DNA of 63,899 nucleotides, the filler included, from Octopus bimaculoides (Eukaryota), in NCBI RefSeq assembly GCF_001194135.2. It is 6 parts of 5 records of this genome, joined end to end, with 100 filler letters (N's around TTAATTAATTAA, not from the genome) between each part and the next. Parts side by side here need not be neighbours in the genome. Positions count along the whole stretch, not along the records: positions 4,503 to 21,863 come from NC_068982.1; positions 21,964 to 36,230 come from NC_068997.1; 4 more parts are not named here. One strand, written 5' to 3'. The notes beneath the pieces were generated by a model. The model did not search any database and was not told the DNA's origin. It worked only from the letters and a program-made list of their open reading frames with translations. The position numbers and the translations under genes were made by a program. Positions 12,626 to 26,144 of this stretch are shown in pieces; positions within the stretch are counted from its first letter, which is position 1; every line of letters begins with the position of its first letter.

Positions 12626-13683
12626 TTGAAACCAGTATTTATCATCCGTGTGTGATAGATAAAATTAATATCGAGCGATATATGTACTTACACTGGGACT
12701 TAAAGACTCATTAAATCAAATATGTTTGTTTCCTAATTATGCGTATCTGGGAATTTATATTATTTATAACGAATTTTTTGTCATTTAAACCTACTTTGTT
12801 TCGATGCGTCACGATAATAGTGTACTACTTTTGAAAGTAAGACCTCCCGGATGAATTACTAGATAACCGTATCCTAAAATTGTTCATTAAATTATCAACA
12901 ATGATAGTCGAGGGAATATCAGTAGTCTTTCTGCGCCATAAATTTTTTTAGTTGATTTCTTAATAGAGGAGTATTAATGTTGTTAAATCTGAAGTATACC
13001 AAAAACAATGACAAATTATATAAGTTTGTTTAGACTGTAATTTTTAGGTTCAAGACTTCTAAGAAGAGATTGTTTTTCTTCTCTGTATAAACGTGTACTA
13101 TTGTATGTGTGCACACTCACATACAATAATCTGTGTATACGTTCAGAAATCACAAACATACACGCACTCACGTGCATTATTTACAGAAAAAGTGACAGAC
13201 AGACAGAAGAGAGATGGAGAGATATATATATAGAGAGAGTGATAATATGAAAGATTCGTTTCTGAATGTTAGTCTGTATGTTGTAGGCAGCCATTTCTCC
13301 TAAAGAAACATTTTAAACACTGCAATTCTATAAATCATGTTATCGTCTTGCCCTATAAAAGACACATCTATATCTATTTCTCTGCTACTTTAAAAACATG
13401 TCCTCCTCTACTGACATTTATGCATTTTCACCACAACCAGAGTTTGCCCTTTTAGCTTCATTCTAACTGTACTTTGCCCTGAGGAAGCGTGTTCAGGAAT
13501 TATTTATTAAAATCACTGATCATTCTACGTATAAATAAATAATATCGTCAGAAAATCTATATATTCTCCTTGGCAACCGCAATGGCTTTGCGAAAGAGGG
13601 AAATGGTGTAGGAATAAAGTAAAGAAACAAAGAAAAGATAAAGAATAAGAAATAATTATCTCACTAAGTCGAAATTCGTACAA

Positions 13684-13760
13684 ACAGAACAAAATAGATT
13701 AGACTAGATTTAATTCTCAAATAGATGAGAACTAAATCTTGTCTAATCTATTTTGTCTGT
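13684..13760. other. 77-nt near-perfect hairpin
   Basis: Arms 13684-13719 and 13726-13760 are reverse-complementary with 2 mismatches and a 1-nt bulge; loop AATAGA. Confidence 0.9.
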
Positions 13761-14179
13761 ATAAACTTTAGTAGAAACTGGGTTATTGTGATCTATATTG
13801 TGCAATATAGCAGGATCTAATCGCAGTAAAGCACAGAGATGTGATATTAATTAAAATGCACATGGTGATAATTGAAATTGCGCCAAAACCTTTTCATCAC
13901 ATTTGGAAGGTCGTAACATCATAATTCTTGCGTGATTTCTTTATGTAAATCTTCCCTTTTTGCAGTGCTGTTAACTTCTCTTACGAAACAGTTACTTTAT
14001 TTCTTTGAAACATTGCGGAATCTATGTAATGCATAATGATTAGCAAGAGCTACAGTGTCTACAGGGAAATATACTTTCCTAATCATTCCTTGTGTAAGAG
14101 TTCAGCGCTGTCATCTACTTTATTCATGACAAATCTGAATAATGTAGAAACAAACAAAAACTACATAAAATAATCCTTT

Positions 14180-14600
14180 CCACTAGGGGAACTAAACTTG
14201 AAATAATTTTGAGGGAGGTGACTAGTCGATTTCGGTACTCAGCTGATACTTAGTTTATCGACCCTGAAAGGATGAAAAGCAAAGTCGACCTCTGAGAAAC
14301 TTGAGCTCAGAAAGTAAGGACGGACGACATACCACTAAGCATTTTATCTGACATACAATTGATTCTGCCAGCTCGCTGCCTTAGTAAATACGTACAATAA
14401 TGGCTTCAAATTTTGGTACAAAGCTAACAATTTCGGGGGAGGGGGTAAGTCGATTAGATCGATCCTAGTGATCAACTAATACTTATTTTATCGACCTCAG
14501 AGGGTTGAAGGGCAAAGTCGACCTCGGCGAAATTTGAATTGAGAACGTAAAGTCGGACGAAATGCCACAAAGCATTTTACCCGGCATGCTAAAATAATGA
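14180..14600 (-). mobile_element. Two tandem family C SINE copies
   Basis: Two runs of TCGACCC..AAAGGATGAAA.GCAAAGTCGACCTC..AA.TTGA at about 14260-14310 and 14490-14545. Confidence 0.8.
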
Positions 14601-15445
14601 AAATATTTGTAATTATATAAAACAAGATAGTACTTATGCAGTTATTCGGACAGCTAAAACAGCAGCCTGATCTTTCACATTTCATTTCATTCTCTTAAAA
14701 ATGTAATAACGTTTCGAGTACTTCATATATGCATACACTTTTACNNNNNNNNNNNNNNNNNNNNNNNNNNNNNNNNNNNNNNNNNNNNNNNNNNNNNNNN
14801 NNNNNNNNNNNNNNNNNNNNNNNNNNNNNNNNNNNNNNNNNNNNNNNNNNNNNNNNNNNNNNNNNNNNNNNNNNNNNNNNNNNNNNNNNNNNNNNNNATA
14901 AGTAAATAAATAAATAAATAAAAGACTATAGTAGGATAGAAAAATAACAAATAAATGAAACGAATTATACAAAAGAAATTCATAAATAAGAAAATAAATA
15001 ACGTAAAATAACTTTTTAACAGAGAAATTGTAATATTAGAATTTCATTACTAAAAAAAGGCCTGAACCAAGTCTGAGTTGATTTCATACAGAAAATTGCC
15101 ATATCAGTTCCCTTCGCATTAGGTCGTATAAATAATTTTATGTTGCTAACAGCTATTTGGAACAGCAATTACACGGTAGACGAGTTTACAATGTGTTAGG
15201 TCAAGTGCTCTATTCTTCAACCAAATCTTCATCTTTTAATTTCTCTAAGTTAACGAACCACAGAAAGAGCTCCTATGTGGTTATTGAATCTGCTAGAAAT
15301 AGCAACCAATTTTCCCTCCCACATCACGCTAGAGTCTTATAAATGTAATAGCATTGTGGATAATGTAGTACTAAATAAACAATGACGGAAGAAAAAGAGC
15401 GTTTACCAGAGCTGTATGAATATGCTTATTCAGTGTGCACACATA

Positions 15446-15447
<2 letters not shown>

Positions 15448-15506
<59 letters not shown>

Positions 15507-15545
15507 ACTGCTGCTGCTGCTACGGCTGCTGCTGCTGCTGCTACC
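15448..15545. repeat. Compound (CTA)n/(CTG)n microsatellite
   Basis: Directly visible. Confidence 0.95.
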
Positions 15546-15646
15546 AGCAACAAGAACAACATCCCACACCGTTAGGATTAGTGCTACTTCACGTACTGCA
15601 GTTAGATTTTTTTTGCAGCAATCACTTTCAACTATATTGCAACTAT

Positions 15647-15677
<31 letters not shown>

Positions 15678-16409
15678 CGTATACATTTATATATATATAA
15701 CCTTATTTTTACATCTACATATATATACATATATGCATATATATATATGTGTGTATATATAACCTTATTTTTATATATATACATATATATATGTATATAT
15801 ATAAAAATAAGGTTATATATACACACATATATATATATGCATATATGTATATATATGTAGATGTAAAAATAAGGTTATATATATATAAATGTATACGCGC
15901 GNNNNNNNNNNNNNNNNNNNNNNNNNNNNNNNNNNNNNNNNNNNNNNNNNNNNNNNNNNNNNNNNNNNNNNNNNNNNNNNNNNNNNNNNNNNNNNNNNNN
16001 NNNNNNNNNNNNNNNNNNNNNNNNNNNNNNNNNNNNNNNNNNNNNNNNNNNNNNNNNNNNNNNNNNNNNNNNNNNNNNNNNNNNNNNNNNNNNNNNNNNN
16101 NNNNNNNNNNNNNNNNNNNNNNNNNNNNNNNNNNNNNNNNNNNNNNNNNNNNNNNNNNNNNNNNNNNNNNNNNNNNNNNNNNNNNNNNNNNNNNNNNNNN
16201 NNNNNNNNNNNNNNNNNNNNNNNNNNNNNNNNNNNNNNNNNNNNNNNNNNNNNNNNNNNNNNNNNNNNNNNNNNNNNNNNNNNNNNNNNNNNNNNNNNNN
16301 NNNNNNNNNNNNNNNNNNNNNNNNNNNNNNNNNNNNNNNNNNNNNNNNNNNNNNNNNNNNNNNNNNNNNNNNNNNNNNNNNNNNNNNNNNNATATATATA
16401 TATATATAT

Positions 16410-16905
16410 ATATAAATACAAAAATGGGACAAAGACGCAAAACATCCAGACAGTTAGGTGATACAAAAAAAGGGGACAACAAAACATCCAGACAGACGAT
16501 ACAAAGAAAACAAGGACGGGTCATTCGGAGTTTTCTATCCTCAGTCGAGTTCCAGATAATCTTTGCAATTTCGGCTGGTTATACTGGAGATTGCTCCAAT
16601 CTGGCCAGCCCCAAGGAAAAACTAAGCTAAGAGCACTAGATTCCTTGGAAGAAAGCAGCGAATATATACAAAAACGAGGACGAAAAAAGATAGAGAAATG
16701 TTCCACAAATACAAATGTAATTAATAGGATATAACAATAGGTGTTTTTTAACTAAGGACGAATTAAATTAAACTGGCGTGTGCGGAAGTAAGGGCTTACG
16801 GCAGGGACATGGAGTTTATCAGGCACAGGGAGCAATATAGATGTTGCACGAATGGTAGTCGACCCAAGAAGGAAGGGTCAGGCCAGGCCGAACACCGGTC
16901 ACGTG
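16410..16905 (-). mobile_element. Probable Penelope-like element terminal repeat with hammerhead-like motif
   Basis: The minus strand contains CTGAGGATAGAAAACTCCGAATGACCCGTC (16544-16515) downstream of a possible GIY-YIG C-terminal remnant (RQFNLIRP*L). The assignment rests on recalled family architecture only. Confidence 0.4.
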
Positions 16906-17158
16906 GGGAGAGAAGAGAGAGAGAGGTAGAGGCAAAGGGATAGAAGAATTAAGGGGGGGGAAGAAAAATGAAAGAGACGCAGTGAAGTGAAATAAGAGGG
17001 AAAGGGAGCATGAAGAGAATGCCAGGGAATGTGAGAGATGGGGAACGAAAGAACGAACAGTGGAATGAACGAAGCGTGAAATGAACGAAGTGTGAAATGA
17101 ACGAAGTGTGAAAGGGCCACGTTCCCCGTTTGGCTGAGAATGGTACAAAAATAAGGTT

Positions 17159-17235
<77 letters not shown>

Positions 17236-17889
17236 TACATCTACACACACTTATTTACTTACATATGCTCATGTGCGTAGTTACACGCTCACACACACAT
17301 CTACACATACTGGTATACACACCTATATGTATACATGTGCGTATGTGTTTGTGTGTGTGCGCGCGCGCGTATTCTCCGCCTTTGTATATATTCACAGTTT
17401 CACTATGGCGCTTTCACCTATTTAAGCTTTTCAAACGTTTAGCAGCAGATTATGTCTAGTTTATTTTGTGCACCTTGATTTAAATTTCATAGCAATCTTA
17501 AACATGGGAATTATACTGTTTTTCAAATTAATGTCTTTCTAAATAGTAAATCAATAATGTAACGCTGCAATAGGGATGGAACTATCTAAATCTTCTCTTT
17601 GCTGATGGTTCTATAATTTATATTTTCATTGATGAATTGCGCTTTGTTGCTTAACAACACAATTAACTCTACTCGCTTTCAAGTAATGACGAGATCAATG
17701 TTGTCATGTTGACTTAGTCAAACTAATCCCCACAGGTTTCTCAAAAACTTTAAACGAGTAAGAGACAGTGTTAAATGTTAATTGTATTTTCCGCTTAGTT
17801 AAAAATCACACGAGTGAATTGAAACTTAACACTTGCGTTATTACTTTTGAACTTAGTTCTGTTTCTCAAGAAAAATAACTTCAAGGAAA

Positions 17890-18130
17890 TTTCTGTGTCA
17901 GAAGAATTCTTCATTCGCCTGTCCTCGGATGCGTCTAGGAATAACTGAAACGTCATTTTTTGTCAAAACGCTAGAGGCTTGGTGTCTTTCTAAATGTCTC
18001 CTCACTCCGTCTAGCCCTGAGTTATTCAGACACTTCAGCATCTTTTCGTTTGAAACTACAAGTAGATCGCTCAGCATCAAGGCTTTCCCTTGACTCTTGA
18101 TAAGTGATGCACACTTTGCGGTGTTATCTT
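17890..18130 (-). mobile_element. Possible ancient non-LTR (R2/NeSL-like) remnant
   Basis: The minus frame reads ASLIKSQGKALMLSDLLVVSNEKMLKCLNNSGL..., loosely like the SQG..SN.WL segment after the RT in RLE-type elements. Weak. Confidence 0.25.
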
Positions 18131-19808
18131 CTTTGAATCACTACTAATTTTTGAGCATTCTCTAGTGCTAAAATACTCTAATAATGGTGAGTAGAATAGG
18201 TCTTTGAATGCTACCTATTCTTCTTTTAAATGAGTATGAGAGCGGTTGGAGCTTCTAGGTTTGCGCCCCTCGTGCTCTCTACCATAAAAGAAAACACCCG
18301 CTGGTGTTTATCCTTCTGTCCGCAGACTGGATGTGAACAGTGAAACTGGACATGAGGATTCTGTGGACTGAATTGAGGCTCATCATAGCGAAATTTCATA
18401 TTTATTATCCTTATACAGCTGTATCACATAAGGTATGCATACAATGGTAAATCCAACTATTCTTTAATGATTATAGGGTTATTATCTGAGAGTATTTGAC
18501 TTTTCCATTATTATCTAAATTACCTTAACCATGTGGTTTCTTACTGATACTTTACACTTTTATGAGCAGCAAGACATATTACAATTACTAGCTAGTATGT
18601 TACAAAATAACATTGATTTCTGACATAGGCTGAGGGACTTAAAAATGATGGAAAAATGATAGCTGATTACACTGATCGAATACATGGTTGGTGCTGTATT
18701 TTATCTCCATGATTAAAGATGAAAAGCAGTTTCAATATACTGCATGGCATTATTTCTGTCAGGTTGATTCTAATAATCCTTCACTCCATCACAAAATAAT
18801 ATTTATTTCTTAGACAGGCAAAAACTATATACTTCATGTTATATTTTGTGTAACCATAAAGGCTGAGAAGCAAAATTGACATCGGTAAGATTTCACTCAG
18901 AACATAACTAACTAAATACAACAAGGTATTCTATTCTACGTTAGTAAGGTTTTATCTACCCATTTCCTCATTGCAAAATAATATTACAAAACCTTCATGG
19001 TCCAGAAATGTTATATAAATCTTTAATTATCTTTGGATTAAATCTATCGTCAGAAATCAATCTCTCTGAACAGAGAGCCAGCCTATCGCAGAAAATATTC
19101 CTAGATTTGATAGAATTCCTCGAAGGAAATGTAGATTAAACCGTCAAACAATAAGCGCAGAGAAATGAAGAGAGGTATGAAGTAAACTGGCACTTCAATA
19201 TCTTAAATAGTCACTTTCTCTTCCCAAATACTTTATTACAGATTGTTTCATTCTCTTTAGCATACAGTATCCTAGATCCGTAGCTTAAATAGATCGTTAT
19301 TCTATCAGTGATTCAGTGTATGATTACATTGTTTGATTTTTCAAGACAACCCTGCCAAACTTGTCTTACCAGCCATATTAAATTTGGAACGCTGATGTTT
19401 AAAGCATTGAATGCTATCCAATTTCTTTTGCATTAATCAAACGCAAGCACTGATTGATTCACTTAGTGAAGGTTAATCGTACAATTAGAAATTCTAGATT
19501 TGTCTTCCTCAAAAGGCCGACTTTCATTGAAAACTATAATTTATTTTTAGATGTAGTATTATGTGAAATTATCCTTACACTTTAGAAGGCATAATCAGTT
19601 ATAGAAGGCTAGCTGCGGTTTATTCTTTGTAACTATTCTTAAAATTGGAATAAAAACGCCAATAAAAAGAAAAAATAAATAGTAACTTCATAGAAATTAC
19701 TTATGGCGACAAACAACGGTGAAAAAGTGTTAGGAAATGTAGTTTCTAATCAGAGAGCGTAACGTCTCAAGTAGAGGTTTGTTTCTTTTTATAATTTACA
19801 TAGGTTAA

Positions 19809-19897
19809 CTTTTAGGTAAGCATCACATTATTATACTGCGGAGGGAGCTACTCTGCAGCGAAGTTCTCATATGAAATATACTTAGAAAACGTTCATC
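19809..19897 (+). repeat. Unclassified ~89-bp dispersed repeat, copy 2
   Basis: See 12132-12220. Confidence 0.9.
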
Positions 19898-20294
19898 AAC
19901 TTAGATTGTCCAAGCAATTAGTACCTAAAGCTTCCCGCTAAGGGTGAGGTAATTAGAACTAAGGAAGATCATTTTAATACGATCACTGCACTGAAATTTT
20001 GGTGCAATATAGAAAATATTGGGTGAGTCTGACGTTTACAGACAGCCGCTAAAAACAAAAGACGGATCTTGCATGTAACATCCAATATAGATATAAATAT
20101 ATTATGATGCTGATGATGCTCAATAACTTCATGGTTGAGAAAAGATGTCTTAAAGGAGTGATCGGTGTACAAAATACAAATATGGCAGGTTTCCACATAT
20201 CTTTTATTTTTTATAGAACTGCTAAGTTATGTGGATGTACACATGTCAATACCGGTTAGTAAGCGAGAAAAGACACAGATAAAGATACACGCAA

Positions 20295-20367
<73 letters not shown>

Positions 20368-20370
<3 letters not shown>

Positions 20371-20530
20371 CAGGTTTCTTTCACTTTCCGTCTACCAAAT
20401 CCACTCACAAGATATTGATGGGCCTGAGACTAGAGTAGAAGAGATTTCCCCAAAGTGACACGCAGTGGTACTGAACCTCGAACCATGTGCTTGAGAAGCA
20501 AACTTTTGACTACACAGCCACGCCTACGTC
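20368..20530 (-). mobile_element. tRNA-derived SINE (family A) head
   Basis: Reverse complement of the TGGCTGTGTRGT...GGTTCRGT.CCACTGCGTG.CAC.TTGGG...GGATTTGGTAGACGGAAA module. Confidence 0.85.
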
Positions 20531-21100
20531 ATATATAAAATAATAAGTTTAAACACTTTGATTAACTGAGGCTATCCAAACAGTTAGTAAACAGAATTTC
20601 TCTGGAATTGTTTATTATCTGCAAAACAAAATTAAAGGCCATAACTTTAATAACGACAATAATTTGAGCATTAGACTAGACTTTTCCTGTAACTATTTTA
20701 GGTTAAAAAAAAGCTATAAGTTCGGTATATTGCATACGTAATTCCCGATTATGTTTGTATTTTGTGTGCTGAAAGCTTTCCAGCAATTACATAGTCGCAA
20801 TCAATGTCACTAAATTCCTTGTTTTTCTGTTTATGGTCTAACCAACTGTGTAGAATACAGCAAGCAACAGAATTCAACAAAATTGGTGATGGTCTACTTG
20901 GAGGTAAAGAGTCAAAAATCTAAATTTATGCTTAATGTTCTTTTTCGGAAAGACTACAAGGATTAATTCCACGGTGGCAGACAGGCAGATGACAAAGCAA
21001 AGTCGTGAAAGAGTGATGTGGAGTTGGAGACGTAGGCAGAGAAAAAACACATACAAATAGGCAAAGGACATATACGAGATAAAAATACGAACTTAAAAGA

Positions 21101-21134
<34 letters not shown>

Positions 21135-21628
21135 CACACACATACACAACCATTCACATGCATATACGCACATGCACGTGCAGATACATAATACAACGCA
21201 AGAACTATAAAGCAAAAATAGAAACAGTGCAGTAAAATCACTTGATTGCCTGCACTATACTAGTTATCTTACTTGCTTGTTGATTTTGGATTTTAAACAC
21301 CAAAGTGACAATTTTTTCTTCTGATTGCTTGGGGAATTTCAGTTAATCAAAATTATCCAGCTCACTATCTAACATGTATCAGACGCTACATTATATTTGA
21401 TTTGTCGTTGAAACTTCGCCTGAGGTATTTTGATTTAGCTATTGATATTCATAATGAGCATCACGACATACCTTGTATTTCTTCCCACCTCTGTCTGTCC
21501 TTCTTAATAGCGCGCGCACACACACACACACATATACACGTATATACATATACATACACTATATACGTATATATATATATGTATGTATATATGTATGTAT
21601 GTATGCATGTATGTATGCATGTATGTGT

Positions 21629-21820
21629 AGGCGCAGGTGTGGCTGTGTGGTAAGAATCCAATCACGTTTCCAAGTTGAGTCCCACACCGTGTCACCTTGG
21701 GTAAGTGTCTTCTACTATAGCCTGAAGTGGATATTTTTACTTGTTTCAGTCATTAGACTACTGCCATGCTTCAGCACCACCTTTGGATTTGGTAGATGGA
21801 AACTAAAAGAATCCCGTTGT
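21629..21820 (+). mobile_element. tRNA-derived SINE (family A)
   Basis: Starts AGGCGCAGGTGTGGCTGTGTGGTAAG (A box) with a B-box-like GTTGAGTCCC. Further minus-strand copies at about 24825-25220, 33020-33440, 36331-36920 (two in tandem), 39460-39815, 53505-53690, 58310-58480 and 59440-59700; plus-strand pieces at 60938-61100, 61370-61600 and 62540-62675. Confidence 0.88.
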
Positions 21821-21821
21821 A

Positions 21822-21863
<42 letters not shown>

Positions 21864-21963
21864 NNNNNNNNNNNNNNNNNNNNNNNNNNNNNNNNNNNNN
21901 NNNNNNNTTAATTAATTAANNNNNNNNNNNNNNNNNNNNNNNNNNNNNNNNNNNNNNNNNNNN

Positions 21964-21996
<33 letters not shown>

Positions 21997-22684
21997 GGTA
22001 ATACGAAATGGAAACTACATCGTAAACAAAATATCGTCATAAGCACGGATTACTCACTTAATAATAGGTCTGATATTTTCGGGGAGTTTAGCCATTTTGA
22101 TAAGCATCTATGAAGTCACTGTATCATAACGTTTTAGTTGATTACATTCTTGCAATCAGGGACATTTGCATATGCATGTGTATCAGTGTTTGCACATATG
22201 CATTTATATACACCCCAGTATTCATTGTTTCATGTTTGCTTTGTTTTGTTATTTTTTTGTATTCTCCTCTTCAGCATTTGGTGCATTTATTTAAAAATCT
22301 ATTTCTCTTTTCCTATTCTTTTATTTTTAATTTTTTTTTTTTTTTTTTTTTGCGTATGTTTGAATTAGTGGTATGTTTGCATGCCTTCCGCTTTAAAATT
22401 GAATAGACATAATTCATTTCTACCGCATGAGATTTATGTAACAACCGAAACGAATAGGCACTGAAATTGCAAGGTCAAGTTGAACCACTTATAATAGTGT
22501 GGTTAAAGTTGAACAGTAAGAAAACATGAAGAGTGTAGAATGGAAAATCTATGTAGTTCGTTTTAATTTACAGTCATATAACTGCATTTATGCATGCTTA
22601 TATATTTATGCATTAAAGAGCATTTATGCATACTTATATCTATCTATCTATCTATCTATATATATANNNNNNNNNNTATATATG

Positions 22685-22834
22685 TACGTGGAGGTGCTGA
22701 AAAATTCCTAGCTTTAAGGGCATCGCGAGAGGCATCTTTGAAGGCTCTAACTTATGAGTTCTTTTACAGGGTTTAAAACACTGAAGGACCGCTGCAATAA
22801 GTATGTGAATCCTAGAGGGGAATATGTTGAATAA
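22685..22834 (+). mobile_element. Internally deleted mariner derivative
   Basis: TIR-like TACGTGGAGGTGCTGAAAAATTCC joined to a transposase C-terminal remnant FFYRV*NTEGPLQ / LKDRCNKYVNPRGEYVE*, resembling the mariner W.KC....G.Y.E terminus. Confidence 0.6.
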
Positions 22835-23158
22835 CATCTAGCTACGTTAGAGATCCACTTACTAGACGTAGCAAACGATTTTCAAATAAAGATATTGTAC
22901 GAAATAAATCCTAACGTCTTGTATCATTAAACATAATAAATAAATAGATAAATGAATAAATAAATAAATAAATAAACGAGCGTGGGCATGAGTGTACGAG
23001 TTAAGAATCTTACTTTGCCGCCAGGTACATTCAAGTTCCGTCTCATTGCTCAAAACTTAAGGCAGTTCTACTATATCTCCGAACCGAGAAAATGTTTCGT
23101 CTGTGAATTTGGTAGAGGCAAATTGTGTGGAAGCTCGTCGTATATACACATACACACA

Positions 23159-23217
<59 letters not shown>

Positions 23218-23299
23218 GTGCATGTGTGTGTGTGTGTGTGTGTTAAACACATACACACACATACATATCTATTTATGTTATGTGTGTTGTCTGAGTGTG

Positions 23300-23535
23300 T
23301 TATCTCTTTACTACCCACAAGGGGCTACACACAGAGGGGACAAACAAGGACAGATAAACGGATTAAGTCGATTATATCGACCCCAGTGCGTAACTGGTAC
23401 TTATTTAATCGACCCCGAAAGGATGAGAAAGGTAAAGTCGACCTCGGCGGAATTTAAACTCAGAACGTAACGGCAGACAAAATACCGCTAAGCATTTCAC
23501 CCGGCGTGCTAACGTTTCTGCCAGCTCGCCGCCTT
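23300..23535 (-). mobile_element. tRNA-derived SINE (family C), near full length, CpG-intact
   Basis: The minus strand starts AAGGCGGCGAGCTGGCAGAAACGTTAGCACGCCGGG, has a B box GTTTAAATTCC and ends ..GTGGGTAGTAAAGAGATAA. Confidence 0.9.
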
Positions 23536-25034
23536 AGAGTGTGTATTTGAGTGTGTATTTGGCACTACCCCTCAGATTAAGATTGGTTTGAGTTTACTTC
23601 CCCATCACGTAGATGTTCGCCCAAAGAGACTGATATAACAAATACCTAACTTTGACAAATAAGTACTGGATTAGATTTGTTCGAATAAAATCCATCCGAT
23701 GCGGCTGTCCAACATGTCTGCAATCCAGTGAGTGAATTGATTAAAAAATACACACTCGACAATCTCAGTGATGATATATCTACAAGAACCAATAACATTT
23801 GGTTGTAGTATCATGTGTTTATTTGTTGTTACCAGATAATCTGTAACAGGTCAGATCATTGACCAAAGATACTTTAAACGTTACCATGCGTATTTTTCTT
23901 AAGTGCAGAGAAAATAGGACTACATTCACCAGCATGTTTATTTAGTTTTTTGGGGAGTGATATGAGGCAAATATCACAGCTACTATTAGCAGATACTGCT
24001 ACCATGTACAGGTTCCCTTGCTCATTCCTTGTGTGTGTATGACGCTAGAGGTTTTGCGTTATAAGTCGCTATAAATATTGCTTCAAAAATCTCATTAACT
24101 ACAGCTTGCATTACACCCAATTATATACTAATATTAATAATATATTACAAATGAATAAAACGCAAACAAAAAATATCTTTATCAGCAAGAAATCAAAATC
24201 ATTGAAATCGGTTTATTAAACTTCACATGACTATAATAATTTACAGGTAATTTACATATTCATATGCAATTATGAAAATTGCCAAATTCACGACTTTCTC
24301 ACCGTTGCATTTACACATGCAGCGTTTTCTTACCGACTACGAAGGAAATATTAGAGTATATTATGTTACAGAACAAAGAACAGCTAACCGTCACTGGCAA
24401 GCGAGTATGGCTTGGTAGAAGGTACCATGCTTTTGTGAATTGTTTTAGGTGCGGTGCCTATGTGTTCGTGAGCAAACGTACATACACAACACTCCCAGCA
24501 CCATCGCTCTGACACAGCGCAATAACCAGGTGGTGACCCATGGAAGGAGAGAGGGCTACACCAAACTCAGGCTGAGCAGACTAAAACAATGTGAAATTAA
24601 GAGCTTTGCTTAAGGACGTAATTTACCGCTCTTTAGTGGGCCAAGCTACAGACCACATAGTAAACCAATACGTTGGAGTGTAATGTAGAGTTGAAATCCA
24701 ATAGATCCAAACATTGAAGATCATTTCACGAGGAGTGTATAGAATACAAGGGAAGGCAGTAGTACTATGCTATTTATAACATACCCTCTATTCTCTTATT
24801 CCTTTATTCTTTTACTTATTCCTGTTATTTGACTGCGGCCATGCTAGAGCAACACCTTAAGTGATTTTAGTCTAACAAATCGACCCTTGGGCTTATTCTT
24901 TGTAAGTCCAGCACTTATTCTCTCGGTCTCTTTTGCCGAAACGCTAACTTACGGGGACGTAAACATGCTAATATTGGTTGGCAAGTGATGGTAGGTAGCT
25001 GGGGTTTGAGGGTAAAATAGACACAAACATAGAC

Positions 25035-25072
<38 letters not shown>

Positions 25073-25240
25073 CGGGCTCCTTTCACTTTCCGTCTAACAA
25101 ATCCACTTACTAAGATTCGGTCGGTCCGAGGTTATATTAGAGGACATTTGCTCAAGTTTCCACACAGTGGGACTGAACCCGGAAGCATTGGAAAGCAGGC
25201 TTCTTATCACACAGCCACAACAGGGCCAATATATATATAC

Positions 25241-25330
25241 AGGGAGAATTCACAAAAAAAATAAGACGAAGACAGGTGGTGTAGACAACAAGCAGATGTA
25301 TTAGTATAACGCTCAGGAAGTGAAAAAGTC
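25241..25330 (-). repeat. Short dispersed repeat next to (TA)n; related copy in opposite orientation at 31412-31471
   Basis: TACACCACCTGTCYTCGTCT..TTTTTTGT.WATTCTCCC is shared by both; possibly a Penelope-like terminus. Confidence 0.6.
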
Positions 25331-25398
25331 TTTAACATAAAGTCTTTAACATAAAGGAACCCAGAAAGAAATATATATCACTATGCATGTACGTATGA

Positions 25399-25665
25399 GC
25401 GGAGGCGCGTGGCTTAGTGGTTAGGGTGTCAGCATCATGATCGTAATATTGTAGTTTCGATTCCCGTACCGGGCGACGCGTTGTGTTCTGGAGGAAAAGA
25501 CTTCATTTCACGTTGCTCCAGTCCACACAGCTGGCAAAAATGAGTAACACTGCGATGGACTGGCGTCCCGTCCAGCTGGGAAACACATACGCCATTGAAA
25601 CCGGGAAACCGGTAAAACGGGAAACCGGGCCCATGGGCCTGGCTAGGCTTTAAAAGGGCGCATTT
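25399..25665 (+). mobile_element. tRNA-derived SINE (family B), CpG-intact
   Basis: A box TGGCTTAGTGG (25410-25420) and B box GTTTCGATTCC (25454-25464). Other copies at 33680-33875(-), 38690-38895(-), 47092-47216(+) and 51052-51316(+). Confidence 0.9.
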
Positions 25666-26112
25666 ATTATTATTTATGTACATATGAACTTATGTAATTT
25701 AAGACTGCAGCTCATGTTCTAATCTTGGTCTTCTTTCTAACTACGACGTTGTTTGGGATTCTTTTCAAAATGAAGTCCACCACTTTCTCTTACAATTCTT
25801 ACTTTCTATTTCTTTTCTCTTGCTTATTTACCTTTTCTCTTCTCTACCACTCATTCACTCAATGTCTCTGTATATATGTGTATGTGTGTGTTTGGGCATC
25901 TCTGTGTTTGTGTATGTGTGTGTTCAGTGTACGTATGTAAGCCTGTATGCATGTATGTGCGTGTTTATAAATTTTCCCTTTTTCCCCATATGTTTTTATG
26001 ATTCGAATAATGAATGAAACAAATGTGTATACATTATATGTGTGTATGCTTATATATTCATGTGTATATATAGAGATGCGTGCATAAATAAAATCGCAAA
26101 TATATATGCCTG

Positions 26113-26144
<32 letters not shown>

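Noticed and set aside
15674-15901. Perfect 228-bp spacerless palindrome
   Set aside because: It is 100% identical, centred on a (TA)n run and ends exactly at an N gap; most likely an assembly fold-back through the self-complementary microsatellite.
21908-21919. TTAATTAATTAA as a recurring biological motif (homeobox or piggyBac site)
   Set aside because: It always sits centred within N runs (44 N each side where counted); an artificial six-frame-stop spacer.
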